NCBI GenBank assembly: GCA_034670305.1
Contig: JAXMNT010000019.1
Span: 73,015 to 137,014, forward strand
DNA length: 64,000 bases
Origin: Deltaproteobacteria bacterium
GTDB taxonomy: Bacteria; Myxococcota_A; Polyangia; Polyangiales; Houyiibacteriaceae
Reading direction: 5' to 3'
Position 1 is the stretch's first letter. Each line of letters starts with the position of its first letter. This document shows positions 20,703-30,577 of this stretch, one piece after another. The translations under genes and the position numbers were made by a program. Under the pieces are notes generated by a model. It had not been told where the DNA came from and made no database searches. It saw only the letters and a list, made by a program, of their open reading frames with translations.

Positions 20703-21257
20703 TCAGCTGAACTGCTTCAGGTGGTGCGCGCGACGCGTGGACGGATCGTAGAAGACGAACACCGAGCCGTGCATGTAGTACGAGTCCACCCGGGCGACGA
20801 AACGCCAGCCGTCCCCTCTCGGGGGATCGGGCGACTGGACCCAGACCGGCTCGCCGAGCTGGAGCCAGAGCTTGTCCTCCGGCCCGTACGCAGAGGCCGC
20901 TTCGATGAGGTGGGCTTTGCCGGAGTCGACCTCTGCGAACGTCGCGGGGCCTTCTTCGAATGTCTCCGCCCACTCCGATCCACGGGTCGGGTCGGCCGGT
21001 GGGCTGCCGTCCACGTCGACGAGCGTCCAGGTGTCGCCGTCCTGCTGTACGACGAAGGTCTCATCGACCGCGCCGGTGGCGAATCCGACACAGAGCGCGT
21101 GGTGTCCCGCGAGGTCGTCGAAGAGCACGCCGAGATCGAGCAGGACGAGCGGCTCGAAGAACCGCGGGTCGAGGCTGGGCTGGGTGATCACTCGGGGCGG
21201 ATGGCACACGTGCGGGCCCGAGGGCGAGAGTTCGAAGCGATGGACGGGAGGAGACAT
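20703..21257 (-). CDS. Hypothetical protein
   Basis: Open frame with genome-like codon usage filling the gap; start uncertain. Confidence 0.65.
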   Translation of the reverse strand: MSPPVHRFELSPSGPHVCHPPRVITQPSLDPRFFEPLVLLDLGVLFDDLAGHHALCVGFATGAVDETFVVQQDGDTWTLVDVDGSPPADPTRGSEWAETFEEGPATFAEVDSGKAHLIEAASAYGPEDKLWLQLGEPVWVQSPDPPRGDGWRFVARVDSYYMHGSVFVFYDPSTRRAHHLKQFS

Positions 21258-21363
21258 CGGCGAACCATGCCTCGCGAAGCTGGTCTCTGACCAGAGCGCG
21301 GAGACTGGCAAGGCCATCGAGAGGTATGCTGCACAACTTGCCAGGATATGAATGGGGACGCTG

Positions 21364-21900
21364 TCAGTCACCGAAATCAACGCAGCTTACGGCGCGGCAA
21401 CGAAAACACCGTGAACTCCCGGTCACTTGGTACCTGGTACAACGCTCTCCAACTCCACATTCGTCATCGTCGGCGCAGCGATCCCTTCCGCTTCTACACT
21501 CAAGTGCCACCGCTTGAGCTGCGCCGTCTCGGCGATAGCAACCCAGTGACACGCCGCAGTCTTCGAGGGGGCAATCACCGGTACAGCGATCAGGCAAGCA
21601 CCTGTTCCGGCCATCAGGATCCGCAGAACAAACGCACCTTTCTCCTGCGGCGCAGTCCTCGCTTGTCGCGCAGTCATGATAGGTACATTCGTGTTGGGTA
21701 GATGAGATTCGATGGCACCTGCCCTCGACTCCGTCGGTGCACTCCGAGTGAGTCCTGCAGCCCACGCCTCCTGGTCCAGGAAACAAACCGTCGAAGTCAC
21801 GGGGTCCGAGATCGCAGCGATCGGCCACAACCCTCGGGTCGCTTTCCCAACTGGCGCATCCAACAACTAGGAAGAAGAGTAGGAACCTCACCACCGGCAC
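21364..21900 (-). CDS. Cys-rich putative lipoprotein in a lower-GC patch
   Basis: VRFLLFFLVVGC lipobox; many Cys (CRTHSEC, CATSEDC, CADDDEC); start uncertain. Confidence 0.55.
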   Translation of the reverse strand: MPVVRFLLFFLVVGCASWESDPRVVADRCDLGPRDFDGLFPGPGGVGCRTHSECTDGVEGRCHRISSTQHECTYHDCATSEDCAAGERCVCSADPDGRNRCLPDRCTGDCPLEDCGVSLGCYRRDGAAQAVALECRSGRDRCADDDECGVGERCTRYQVTGSSRCFRCRAVSCVDFGD

Positions 21901-21929
21901 TCCCCCCGCAAAAAGTAGATCGAGTTGGA

Positions 21930-22778
21930 TCAGAAGGCCGTGACGACCAAGTCGCAGAAGGTGGCGCCGATGGGGCTCACGTCGCGGCCCTCGGTCTCGT
22001 GGCTGCCGAGCTCCACCGCGAACCCGCTCGTGGTCAGCGCGGTCTCGTAGTACGCGATGTCGCCCACCACGCGGCTGAAGGGCGCACCGTCGCGCGTGAC
22101 GTCGAGGACTTGTTGGTGCGTCTCGGCGTTCCACTCCGCCCGCACCCGATAGCTGGCGCCAGGCACCCAGGGCGCGCGCTCCCGGAACGTCGTGTAGCTC
22201 ATGAAGCCCATGCCCATGGGACGCGGTTCCAGGTCCACCCGACCGAAGAAGAGCGTCGTTCGATCGAGCCCGGGGGCGCGGGGCGGAAACACCTGCGCGC
22301 CGAGCCCACCGAGGTACCGCACGCGGGAAGGGGAACCGTTGCGCGTGAACCCGAAGAGGTTGTGGTTGAGGACGTCCCGGTCGAACAGGTCTTCGCGCCA
22401 CGGCCCGGTTTCGATCGTCATCTCGATCACGACCACCGGATGTTCGGTCCCGACCTCGCCGAAGGGGATGCGCAAGATCTCGTCCGCCGCCTCGACCGTG
22501 AAGAAACACCCGTCGCGTCGAACGAGTTCCGTCCCAGCCGAGCCAGCGTCGTCGTCGATCGAACCCGCATCGACCCCGCCGTCCACCGCACCGCTGTCCG
22601 TGCCCGCATCCTCAGCGGCTGCGTCGACCGGATCGAACGCGTCGGAAGACGCCGTGTCGCCGCCCCCCGCATCGACCGCCGCGTCCAAGCCCACCGACGC
22701 GTCGTCCACCGAAGTCTCGTCCCCGCACGCCATCAACGCGCACAACAGCAGCGCCCAACACACGTGATTCAGCCCCAT
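21930..22778 (-). CDS. Hypothetical lipoprotein
   Basis: LLLCALMAC-GDET lipobox, DAG-rich linker, beta-rich C-domain. Confidence 0.8.
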   Translation of the reverse strand: MGLNHVCWALLLCALMACGDETSVDDASVGLDAAVDAGGGDTASSDAFDPVDAAAEDAGTDSGAVDGGVDAGSIDDDAGSAGTELVRRDGCFFTVEAADEILRIPFGEVGTEHPVVVIEMTIETGPWREDLFDRDVLNHNLFGFTRNGSPSRVRYLGGLGAQVFPPRAPGLDRTTLFFGRVDLEPRPMGMGFMSYTTFRERAPWVPGASYRVRAEWNAETHQQVLDVTRDGAPFSRVVGDIAYYETALTTSGFAVELGSHETEGRDVSPIGATFCDLVVTAF

Positions 22779-22832
22779 GGCCACGGAGTCTACCGCGAAC
22801 CGCCCCCACACGCCCTGGACCCCCCGCACTCA

Positions 22833-23058
22833 GCGTCGGCGCTTCGGCTTCGGATTCGGATTCGGCTTCGGATTCGGATTCGGCATCGGCGTCGGCGTCG
22901 GCGTCGGATTCGGCGTCGGCGTCGGATTCGGATTCGGATTCGGATTCGGATTCGCGTCGGCGTCGGCGTCGGTATCGGATTCGGCGTATCGGATTCGGCT
23001 TCGGCTTCGGCGTGGGCTTGGGCTTCAGCTTCGGTTTCGGATTCGGCATCCGCATCGG
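22833..23058. repeat. (TCGGAT/TCGGCT/TCGGCG)n tract
   Basis: Read directly; abuts the stop of the second four-helix-bundle gene. Confidence 0.95.
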
Positions 23059-23275
23059 TCAGACCTGCAGAGCCGCCTTCACTTCGCGCGCTTCGCCAAG
23101 CGCGCGCGAGAACCCGTCCGGGTTCCGGCCGCCCCGTGCGCTCCGAGACTCCGCAATCAGCAACGGAATCGCTTGAGCCGCCCGCCGGAGCTGCGACTTC
23201 AGCGAGGCCTCGCGAATGCGAGGCAAGACCTCACGGACGAGAAGCGAGAGAAGAAGAAGCGACTTGTCGGTATTG
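23059..23275 (-). pseudogene. Degenerate four-helix-bundle gene (copy 2)
   Basis: LKSQLRRAAQAIPLLIAE...FSRALGEAREVKAALQV* aligns with 18086-18397; last helix missing and no nearby start or RBS. Confidence 0.7.
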
Positions 23276-23457
23276 CTGGTCTCTCGCGGGGTTCCTGCGG
23301 GCCCAGACGCCTTCGGCTTTCTTGGGGCCCTTGGAAACGGCTCTGGACCTGCTCGTCGCTTCGCTCCTGCGCGGGCCCAGAGCCTCCCGCGCGCGAGAGA
23401 CAATACCAGCATCGAGAACCTGCCTTGTGTACGCCGAGCGTGAACTCGCCCGAGGGC

Positions 23458-23535
23458 GCGTTTGTTGTCTGAGGGGGATGGCCACATCCCCCTCCGGCCT
23501 GCGGGGCCAAGCCCCTCCGGCCTCCTCCCCAACTT
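23458..23535 (+). repeat. 78-bp dispersed repeat with a hairpin (copy A)
   Basis: GAGGGGGATG-GCCA-CATCCCCCTC hairpin; near-identical to the reverse complement of 38192-38269. Confidence 0.9.
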
Positions 23536-23537
23536 GG

Positions 23538-23700
23538 GCGCCCCCAGCTGTCGGCGGGGTGGCGGGTCAAGGACGAGCCAGCGCCGCGTCAGCGGCGCGC
23601 CAGCGAAGCGGCGGGCATCGCGCCGGGCCGAAGGCCTCCTTGAGGCGCCGCCCCGCCGACCGCTACGCTGGACCATCCATCGGGCCAGCACCCACCTCCA
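23538..23700 (-). ncRNA. Candidate structured motif upstream of a four-helix-bundle gene (copy 2)
   Basis: Minus strand CGCCTCAAGGAGGCCTTCGGCCC...GCTGGCTCGTCCTTGACCCGCC; stems TCAAGGA/TCCTTGA and GTCGGCGGGG/CCCCGCCGAC. Confidence 0.55.
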
Positions 23701-23733
23701 CGAGAAGGGGTGTGACAGCTGCGGTTGTCGATT

Positions 23734-23863
23734 GCGGCGTCGGCCTCGGCGTCGGCGTCGGATTCGGATTCGGCTTCGGCGTCGGCGTCGGCGTCGGCTT
23801 CGGCGTCGGCGTCGGCTTCGGCTTCGGCGTCGGCCTCGGCGTCGGCTTCGGCGTCGGCTACCG
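23734..23863. repeat. (TCGGCG/TCGGCT)n tract
   Basis: Read directly. Confidence 0.95.
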
Positions 23864-23876
23864 CTAGCGCTTCCGT

Positions 23877-24506
23877 CTACGTCCGCAGTTCGCCGCCCGT
23901 CGCTTCGCGCGCCTGCGCTTCGGTCACGCCAGGCGCCAGCTCGACGAGGCCGAAGTGATCGCCCTTGCAATCGAACACACCCAGATCCGTCACCACGCGG
24001 CTCACCACGCCCACCGCGGTGAGCGGGAACGAGCACGTGGTCACGAGCTTGGGCTTGTTCTTCTTCGTGACGTGCATCGTCAGAACCAGGATGCGCTTGG
24101 CGCCCGCCGCCAGATCCATCGCGCCACCGATGCCCATGGTCCGTCCTCCGGGGATGGCCCAGTTCGCGAGGTCGCCGTTGGCCGCGACCTGCATCGCACC
24201 GAGGATCGCGAGGTCCACGTGGCCGCCGCGGATCATGCCGAAGCTCGTCGCGCTGTCGAACGTGCTGCCGCCGGTGACGATGGTGACCGTCTGCTTGCCC
24301 GCGTTGATGATCTGCGCGTCCTCGTCGCCTTCGTATGGGAAGGGACCCATGCCGAGGATCCCGTTCTCGCTCTGAAGCCAGATGCCGCGCCCCTCTTCGA
24401 GGTGGTCCGCGACCAGCGTCGGCAAGCCGATGCCGAGGTTCACGATGCTGCCGTCTTCGATCTCGGCGGCGGCCCGTTGGGCGATCTCGATCTTGCTGAA
24501 CGGCAT
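23877..24506 (-). CDS. 3-oxoacid CoA-transferase subunit B
   Basis: VNLGIGLPT, LQSENG (catalytic Glu), SFGMIRGGH, GIGGAMDL. Confidence 0.95.
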   Translation of the reverse strand: MPFSKIEIAQRAAAEIEDGSIVNLGIGLPTLVADHLEEGRGIWLQSENGILGMGPFPYEGDEDAQIINAGKQTVTIVTGGSTFDSATSFGMIRGGHVDLAILGAMQVAANGDLANWAIPGGRTMGIGGAMDLAAGAKRILVLTMHVTKKNKPKLVTTCSFPLTAVGVVSRVVTDLGVFDCKGDHFGLVELAPGVTEAQAREATGGELRT

Positions 24507-25228
24507 CAGCTGCGCTCCCGTACCGTGCGGTACTCGATGTGGTCTTCGTGTTCGGGGACGTGGAGCACGCGCTGGACGAAGACGCCTGGCAGGTGCACGT
24601 CGTCCGGATCGATGTCGCCCAGCCCCACGAGCTCATCGGTCTCGACGATGGTCGTCTTGGCAGCGGTCGCCATGATCGGCGAGAAGTTGCGCGCGGTCCG
24701 CCAGAACCGAACGTTGCCGAACGGGTCGGTGCGGCGGGCGCGAATGAGCGCGTAGTCGGCGTGCAGCGCCTCTTCGAGCAGGTACGCGCGGCCACCGAAC
24801 GTGCGCGTCTCTTTTCCGTCTGCGACCACGGTGCCCACGCCGGTCGGCGTGTAGAACGCCGGGATGCCAGCGCCCGCAGCGCGCATGCGCTCGACGAACG
24901 TGCCCTGCGGCACGATGGTCACCTCGGCGCTGCCGTCGGCCATCATCCGATGCAGGTCCTCGTTGTTGCCCACGTAGGTGCAGACGACCTTGCGCACGAT
25001 GCCGGCGCGGATCCACGCGGCAAGCCCCTTGCCAAGGTTGCCGGCGTTGTTGCTGATGAGCGTCAGGTCCTTGGCGCCGTGCGCGGCGACGCCCGCGATG
25101 AGCGCTTCGGCGTTTCCGCACAGGCCGAACCCACCCACCATCAGCGAAGCACCGTCGGAGAGTCCCTCGAGCGCGTCTGCGACCGAGGAGCGAACTTTCG
25201 TTGTCATCTTGGTTCCTTCCGAGGTCAT
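24506..25228 (-). CDS. 3-oxoacid CoA-transferase subunit A
   Basis: VGGFGLCG, ISNNAG, PQGTFVER, GIPAFYTPTGVGT. Confidence 0.95.
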   Translation of the reverse strand: MTSEGTKMTTKVRSSVADALEGLSDGASLMVGGFGLCGNAEALIAGVAAHGAKDLTLISNNAGNLGKGLAAWIRAGIVRKVVCTYVGNNEDLHRMMADGSAEVTIVPQGTFVERMRAAGAGIPAFYTPTGVGTVVADGKETRTFGGRAYLLEEALHADYALIRARRTDPFGNVRFWRTARNFSPIMATAAKTTIVETDELVGLGDIDPDDVHLPGVFVQRVLHVPEHEDHIEYRTVRERS

Positions 25229-26478
25229 GCCTCGGCCTCGGCGATCGCGTCACCGACCTGGCGCACGCCATCGCGCAGGGTGTCTTCGTCGATGCAGAGC
25301 GGGGGCGAGAACACCACCGCGCCGCCCGGTCTTTTGACCTGTTTCGGTCCTTTGACGTGCACGTGGATCGCGCGCTTCTTCAGTCCGGCGCGGAGCCGAT
25401 CCAAGCCGGCCGGATCGAGGGTCAGATCGAGCCCGCCGAGCAAACCGAGGGAACGCCTCGAGGTCGCGGAGGCGCACCGCTCCACCAACCCATCGAGTTC
25501 TTCGAGGAGCACCGGCTCGAGGGTGGCGGCGTTCTGGACGAGCCCTTCGTCGTCCATCACGCGGAGGGTCTCGAGCGCCGCGGCCACGCCGAGCGGATGT
25601 GCGTGGTGCGTGAGCCCACACGCGAACACTTTGTCTTCAAACGCGTCTGCGACCCGCTCGTGCACCAACACCGCGCCGAGCGGCGCGTAACCGCTGGTGA
25701 TCGCCTTGCCGCACGTGATCAGATCGGGCGCGAACTCGGGTTCGTAGAGCGAGGGCTCCACCCGTTCGAACCCGAAGAACGTGCCAAGCCGACCGAACCC
25801 GACGAGGACCTCGTCCATCACGAGCAGCGCGCCATGCGCCAGCGTCGCTTCCCGGATCTCGCGCAGTTGCCCGGGGCTCGGGATCAACACCCCGTTCGCG
25901 CCGACAACGCTCTCCAGAAAGACGGCGCCGACGTTCTCTTCGAGTTCGAGCACGCGCGGAATGCTGGTGCCTTCGGTGCCCCAGTCCAGGTCGGTCACAT
26001 GCACGACGCCGGGAAGCGCGGGCTCCACCACCGCGCGCCGCCAGTCGCCGCTGAGCGACACCGCGCCGAGGGTGGCGCCGTGGTACGAGCGGTAGCGCGC
26101 GATCGACTTGTACCGACTGGTCACGAGCCGCGCGATCTTGAGTGCGTTCTCGTTCGCGTCTGATCCACCGAGCGTCAACAGCACCTTCGTGTAGCCCGGG
26201 GGCGCCTTCGCGAGGAGCGCTTCGGCCAGCGCCAGTTTCTCGGGGTAGACCGCGTTCGGCGGCGCGACGCAGAGCCGGTCCGCCTGCGCTTTGATCGCGG
26301 CCACGATCCGGGGATGGCCGTGGCCGACGTTCACTTGGTACACGAGCGCGCCGAGGTCGAGCACGGGGCCGTCGGGCGTCTCGAAGTGCACGCCTTCACC
26401 AGCGCCGAACGCCTGAGGCCGGGCACCCGATTGTGACTGCCAGGTCATGAAGAAGGGCCACGAAGATCGGTCGCTCAC
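25225..26478 (-). CDS. Class III PLP-dependent (omega-amino acid) aminotransferase
   Basis: GGSDANENALK, SYHGAT, MDEVLVGFGR, PDLITCGK (PLP Lys); GTG start overlaps the upstream stop. Confidence 0.92.
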   Translation of the reverse strand: MSDRSSWPFFMTWQSQSGARPQAFGAGEGVHFETPDGPVLDLGALVYQVNVGHGHPRIVAAIKAQADRLCVAPPNAVYPEKLALAEALLAKAPPGYTKVLLTLGGSDANENALKIARLVTSRYKSIARYRSYHGATLGAVSLSGDWRRAVVEPALPGVVHVTDLDWGTEGTSIPRVLELEENVGAVFLESVVGANGVLIPSPGQLREIREATLAHGALLVMDEVLVGFGRLGTFFGFERVEPSLYEPEFAPDLITCGKAITSGYAPLGAVLVHERVADAFEDKVFACGLTHHAHPLGVAAALETLRVMDDEGLVQNAATLEPVLLEELDGLVERCASATSRRSLGLLGGLDLTLDPAGLDRLRAGLKKRAIHVHVKGPKQVKRPGGAVVFSPPLCIDEDTLRDGVRQVGDAIAEAEA

Positions 26479-29462
26479 GAACATTTGCTCCATGCTGCGG
26501 ATACCACGCCGGACAGCTCCAGCCACTCCTCTTCGAGCAGATCGAAGGGTGGCGCGAACCCAACCCGGCCGCCCGGAAGCGCCCACACCTCGAACGGGGC
26601 CGCCGTCATGTGCGCGAGAAACGCATCCCGTCGGTCGCCCACAGACGCGACCCGGTAGAGGCCTTCGCCCGAGAGCGCCACCCCCGCATCACGCAACGGC
26701 GTCAGCGACGCGTGCAGCAGCGCTCCGGCGTCCTCCGATTGAAGCGACGCAAGGTGCCTGAGCACGTGGTGCAGCACGACGAGCGACAGCTCGCTCGCAC
26801 CGCCGCTGGCCGAACGTGCGCCGTCTCCGAGCGCACGGCTGAAGTGGGCGAGCCCGAGCCGAGGAGCGGGCGCCCACAAGCGCACGTCGGGTTCGAATCC
26901 GAGGTCCGCGAACGGCCGATGCACCCCATCCTCGGAGAGGCTCCGGTAACCACCCGTCGCCGTTTCGACCGAGACGATCGGCACCCCTGCCGCACGAAGC
27001 CGCTTGAACGCGCTCCAGTGTTCCAGGAGAAGCGGCGCGCCGGTCTGCACCTGAACAGGCTCCGCGAAGACCGCGAGGATCTGGGCCGGGTCGATCGCCT
27101 CGACCGCAGCCTCGAACCGTTGGGCGTCCTCACGTGGATGCGGCAGGCGCGCGAAGCCTTCTTCGAAGTAGGGGCGCACGCCTTCGAGCGATGCGGGATC
27201 GCTGAGCGAACGCGCCGCCGCGGTGGTGTCCCCGACGAAGCCGCCCTCCAGCCCGAGCGCCACCGACGCCTTGGGACGCGCACCCTTCAGCACCCGGAGC
27301 ACTTCGTCGAACGCACACCCGAGCGAGCCGCTCAACGCGACCATCGGCTGGTGCGGCGTCAGCGCCGAGAGGTACTCGAGTCCGCGCACCGTGGCGGGTG
27401 TGACCGTGTGGTGGAGCCGAAGATGTTCGACCACCGGTCCGTAGAGCCCGCCCCGTTTGGCGTAGTGCACGAGCGATGGCGGCGGGGTGCGAAGCAACGA
27501 CGAACGAAACAGTGGCCCGCCGACGGTGCAGCCCGGCGCGCGGAGCGGCAGGCGGTAGTAGATCGCCGCGCCCTCTCCGCCGTACTGACCGTGCAGCCGG
27601 TACAGCTCGGTGGCGCCCAGCCTCCGGTTGATGCGACGCATCGCGCTGGTCGCGCCCACCCGCATGCGCCCGGTCATGAAATCGTATCGAAGCGACCCGT
27701 CGCTCCGCCGCACCGCGGCGGCTGCGTGCACCAGCGCGCGTTTGAGCCGCATGCCGAGGCCAAGGCCGCGGGAGGTCGGGTCGAGGGTGGTGGCCACGAC
27801 GTAGACCGTGTTCTGCCGGCCGCGGTTGAGGTCGCGGTCGGCGCCGTCCACGTCCACCCGCTCGAGCGGCACCCCGAGCGTCACCCCGAGCAAATCGATC
27901 GTTCCGTCCTCGGTCGGACGATCGGCGATGACCGCCACCCCCGCAGGATCCTCGAACGCGCGGGCGAGCTTCTCCCGCGGGTCGCGGCGCGCCGGTTCGT
28001 ACACCCGTGCCTCGAGCGCGACGATCGCATCGAGCACCGCCTCCACTTCCTCGGCGTCGACCTGGCGCACGCGCACGTCGCGTGCCGGTCTCGGTGTCGC
28101 CGGCTCTTCGGTGGAAGATGTCTTGGTCGCGAGGCTCGGCACCGGCGGCGCGTCCCGCAGCGACCGCCGCGGCGGACGGAACTCGGACGGCGCGCGCTCG
28201 GCCTCGATCCACTTCGCCGCAGCGCGCAGTACGTCGAACACGGCGTCGAGTTCCCGGTCGCCGAACGCACGAGAGAACCGAATGCGCACGGTGTGGTCGC
28301 TGGCGGGCAGCAGGCGGATGCCACTGCGCTCTGCGATCTCGATCAGGCCGTCGCGCACCGAGGATTCGCCGGCGACTTCGAACCCCGCCGACCACGCGCG
28401 CACGCGTGGATCGAGGATCAGATCCGGGAACCGACCCACGATCGCCTCGAACCGTTCGCGCACCTTGCGGGCGAAGACCTTCGCCGACGGATGCGTCTCT
28501 TCGAGCGAGCAGACCGCCCGAAGCGCCGCCACCTGATCGGTCGTCGGGTGCTGCAACGCGGACGACGCGGGCAGCGGCACGTTCGCGGCGAGCACCCCGA
28601 GCTGGGCGCGCTTGCCAAAGCAGACGACGTCCGCCTCGAACTCGGGCGCCCACAAGAGCGCGCCGCCTGCGCCGAATCCGGTCTGCACTTCGTCGCTGAC
28701 GAGCGGCACCTCGTGCGCACGCGTGATCGTTCGAATCGCCCGCAGCGTCTCGATGGGCACATAACGTTCGCCACCGGCGCACTGAACCGGTTCGAGCAGC
28801 ACGCAGAGCACGTCGTCGCGTTTTCGGAGGAGTTGCTCGAGCGCTTCGGCGCCGCCATCGAGGGGGAGCACCGTCACATGCGCGCTCGGCGAGGTGCACA
28901 GCTGGTGGCTCGCTTGAAAGAGCAGTTCCGTCCGGCCGTGGAACCCGCGTTCGAAGGTCACGAGGTGGGACCGGACGGATCCCGCTTCCGCCGATGCCTG
29001 ATGCAGCGCGGCGATGGCCACTTCCACCGCCTCCGCACCGGACGACGCGAATCCGATGTGGGGCAGGCCCGTCCCGTCTGCGACCTGCGCGATCAATCGA
29101 GCGAGTCGGTCCGCGGCGAGCTCCGCGTCACCGAACACCCCATCGAAGTACGCGGTCACGACGCTCCGCGGGCTGTAGCCCTCGGGCAGCGACGCGGTTT
29201 GGCTGGCGGCGTCGAGCACCGACACCCCATCCGGACTGACCGCAAACGCACTCGCGGACCCCAGCGGGTCGAGCACGAAGGGACGCGGGCGGGGCGGGGC
29301 ACAGACCGCAACACGCGCGCGCCAGTCATCGGCGATGGGCTCGCCTCGGGGAAGCTCGATCCCGAGGGGCCGCCCGCGTTCGAAGACGGAGGTCCGGGTC
29401 TCCGCCTCTTCTTCGCGGCGGTGACGCTCCTCGAGGGCCTCCAAATCACTGAACTGGGTCAC
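26475..29462 (-). CDS. Fusion protein: class III aminotransferase + GNAT acetyltransferase + degenerate second aminotransferase domain
   Basis: SGAEAVE, GFHGRT, EPVQCAGG, DEVQTG, CFGKRAQ; GNAT RGLGLG motif; second copy GFVGDT, AEPVQ, VETATG with no Lys. Confidence 0.8.
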   Translation of the reverse strand: MTQFSDLEALEERHRREEEAETRTSVFERGRPLGIELPRGEPIADDWRARVAVCAPPRPRPFVLDPLGSASAFAVSPDGVSVLDAASQTASLPEGYSPRSVVTAYFDGVFGDAELAADRLARLIAQVADGTGLPHIGFASSGAEAVEVAIAALHQASAEAGSVRSHLVTFERGFHGRTELLFQASHQLCTSPSAHVTVLPLDGGAEALEQLLRKRDDVLCVLLEPVQCAGGERYVPIETLRAIRTITRAHEVPLVSDEVQTGFGAGGALLWAPEFEADVVCFGKRAQLGVLAANVPLPASSALQHPTTDQVAALRAVCSLEETHPSAKVFARKVRERFEAIVGRFPDLILDPRVRAWSAGFEVAGESSVRDGLIEIAERSGIRLLPASDHTVRIRFSRAFGDRELDAVFDVLRAAAKWIEAERAPSEFRPPRRSLRDAPPVPSLATKTSSTEEPATPRPARDVRVRQVDAEEVEAVLDAIVALEARVYEPARRDPREKLARAFEDPAGVAVIADRPTEDGTIDLLGVTLGVPLERVDVDGADRDLNRGRQNTVYVVATTLDPTSRGLGLGMRLKRALVHAAAAVRRSDGSLRYDFMTGRMRVGATSAMRRINRRLGATELYRLHGQYGGEGAAIYYRLPLRAPGCTVGGPLFRSSLLRTPPPSLVHYAKRGGLYGPVVEHLRLHHTVTPATVRGLEYLSALTPHQPMVALSGSLGCAFDEVLRVLKGARPKASVALGLEGGFVGDTTAAARSLSDPASLEGVRPYFEEGFARLPHPREDAQRFEAAVEAIDPAQILAVFAEPVQVQTGAPLLLEHWSAFKRLRAAGVPIVSVETATGGYRSLSEDGVHRPFADLGFEPDVRLWAPAPRLGLAHFSRALGDGARSASGGASELSLVVLHHVLRHLASLQSEDAGALLHASLTPLRDAGVALSGEGLYRVASVGDRRDAFLAHMTAAPFEVWALPGGRVGFAPPFDLLEEEWLELSGVVSAAWSKCS

Positions 29463-29494
29463 GCCGCTCCTCTAGCAGTCTGGCGAAGCAGCGG

Positions 29495-30400
29495 TCAGCC
29501 GGTCGATCGGGTTTTCGTCTTGCCGGGTTTGGCCGACCGTTCGATGAACTCGATGACCAGATCGGCCACGTCGATGCCGGTGGCGGTCTCGATGCCTTCG
29601 AGCCCGGGCGAGGAGTTGACCTCCATCACGACAGGCCCGCGGTTGGCGCGAAGCAAATCGACGCCGCAGAGGTTGAGGCCCATGGCCTTGGCCGCGGTGA
29701 CCGCGGTCTTGCGCTCTGCCGGCGTGATCTTCACTGGGGTGGCCGTTCCGCCCCGGTGGAGGTTCGAGCGGAAGTCGCCCTCCTTGCCCTTGCGCAGCAT
29801 CGCGGCGACGACTTTGTCGCCGACCACGAAGCAGCGCACGTCTTCCCCGCCAGCCTCTTCGATGAACTCCTGCACGAGGATGTTCGTGTTCACCCCGGCG
29901 AACGCTTCGATGATGCTCTCGGCGGCCCGCTGCGTTTCTCCGAGCACGACCCCAATCCCCTGCGTGCCTTCGATGAGTTTGATGATGACCGGCGCGCCAC
30001 CGAGCATCTCGAGGATCTCTGCGGCTTGTCCGGTGCGGCTCGCGAAGATGGTGACCGGGAGCCCAACGCCCTTGCGGGCGAGCAACTGTAGGCTGCGCAA
30101 CTTGTCGCGCGAACGGCTGACGGCGACCGACTCGTTCACCGGCCACACCCCCATCATCTCGAACTGCCGCAGCACCGAACATCCGTAGAACGTCACCGAA
30201 GCACCGATGCGGGGAATGACCGCGTCGTACTTCGGAAGCTTCTTCCCCATGTACCGGACCGAGGGAGCGTTCGACGTGATGTTGATGTAGCAACGCATGT
30301 GGTCGATCACGTCGATGTCGTGGCCGCGCTTCTTCGCAGCTTCGACGAGGCGGGTGTGGGAGTAGAGCGTTTCGTTCTTGCACATCAGCGCGAGTTTCAT
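29495..30400 (-). CDS. rimK: RimK family ATP-grasp L-glutamate ligase
   Basis: [55 protein letters not shown]. Confidence 0.95.
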   Translation of the reverse strand: MKLALMCKNETLYSHTRLVEAAKKRGHDIDVIDHMRCYINITSNAPSVRYMGKKLPKYDAVIPRIGASVTFYGCSVLRQFEMMGVWPVNESVAVSRSRDKLRSLQLLARKGVGLPVTIFASRTGQAAEILEMLGGAPVIIKLIEGTQGIGVVLGETQRAAESIIEAFAGVNTNILVQEFIEEAGGEDVRCFVVGDKVVAAMLRKGKEGDFRSNLHRGGTATPVKITPAERKTAVTAAKAMGLNLCGVDLLRANRGPVVMEVNSSPGLEGIETATGIDVADLVIEFIERSAKPGKTKTRSTG

Positions 30401-30577
30401 GGGGTTCCTTTGTGACCAGCTGCGAGTAGAGGCGGGAGGGTACGAGTATGCGCCGCGCCCAGGGGATTCGTTTGCGGTGCTGTGAGCGACGTCCGGTGGC
30501 CGGTTGCGGAAAGCGCGCCCTTCGTGGTTGCGCGTGTGGCGCTGCCGCTGAGCACCGACCGACGTCCGGGCGCCGTG

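Noticed and set aside
26610-30188. Long antisense ORFs (this 1192-aa one, 55993-59547 and others)
   Set aside because: Shadow frames of real high-GC genes on the opposite strand
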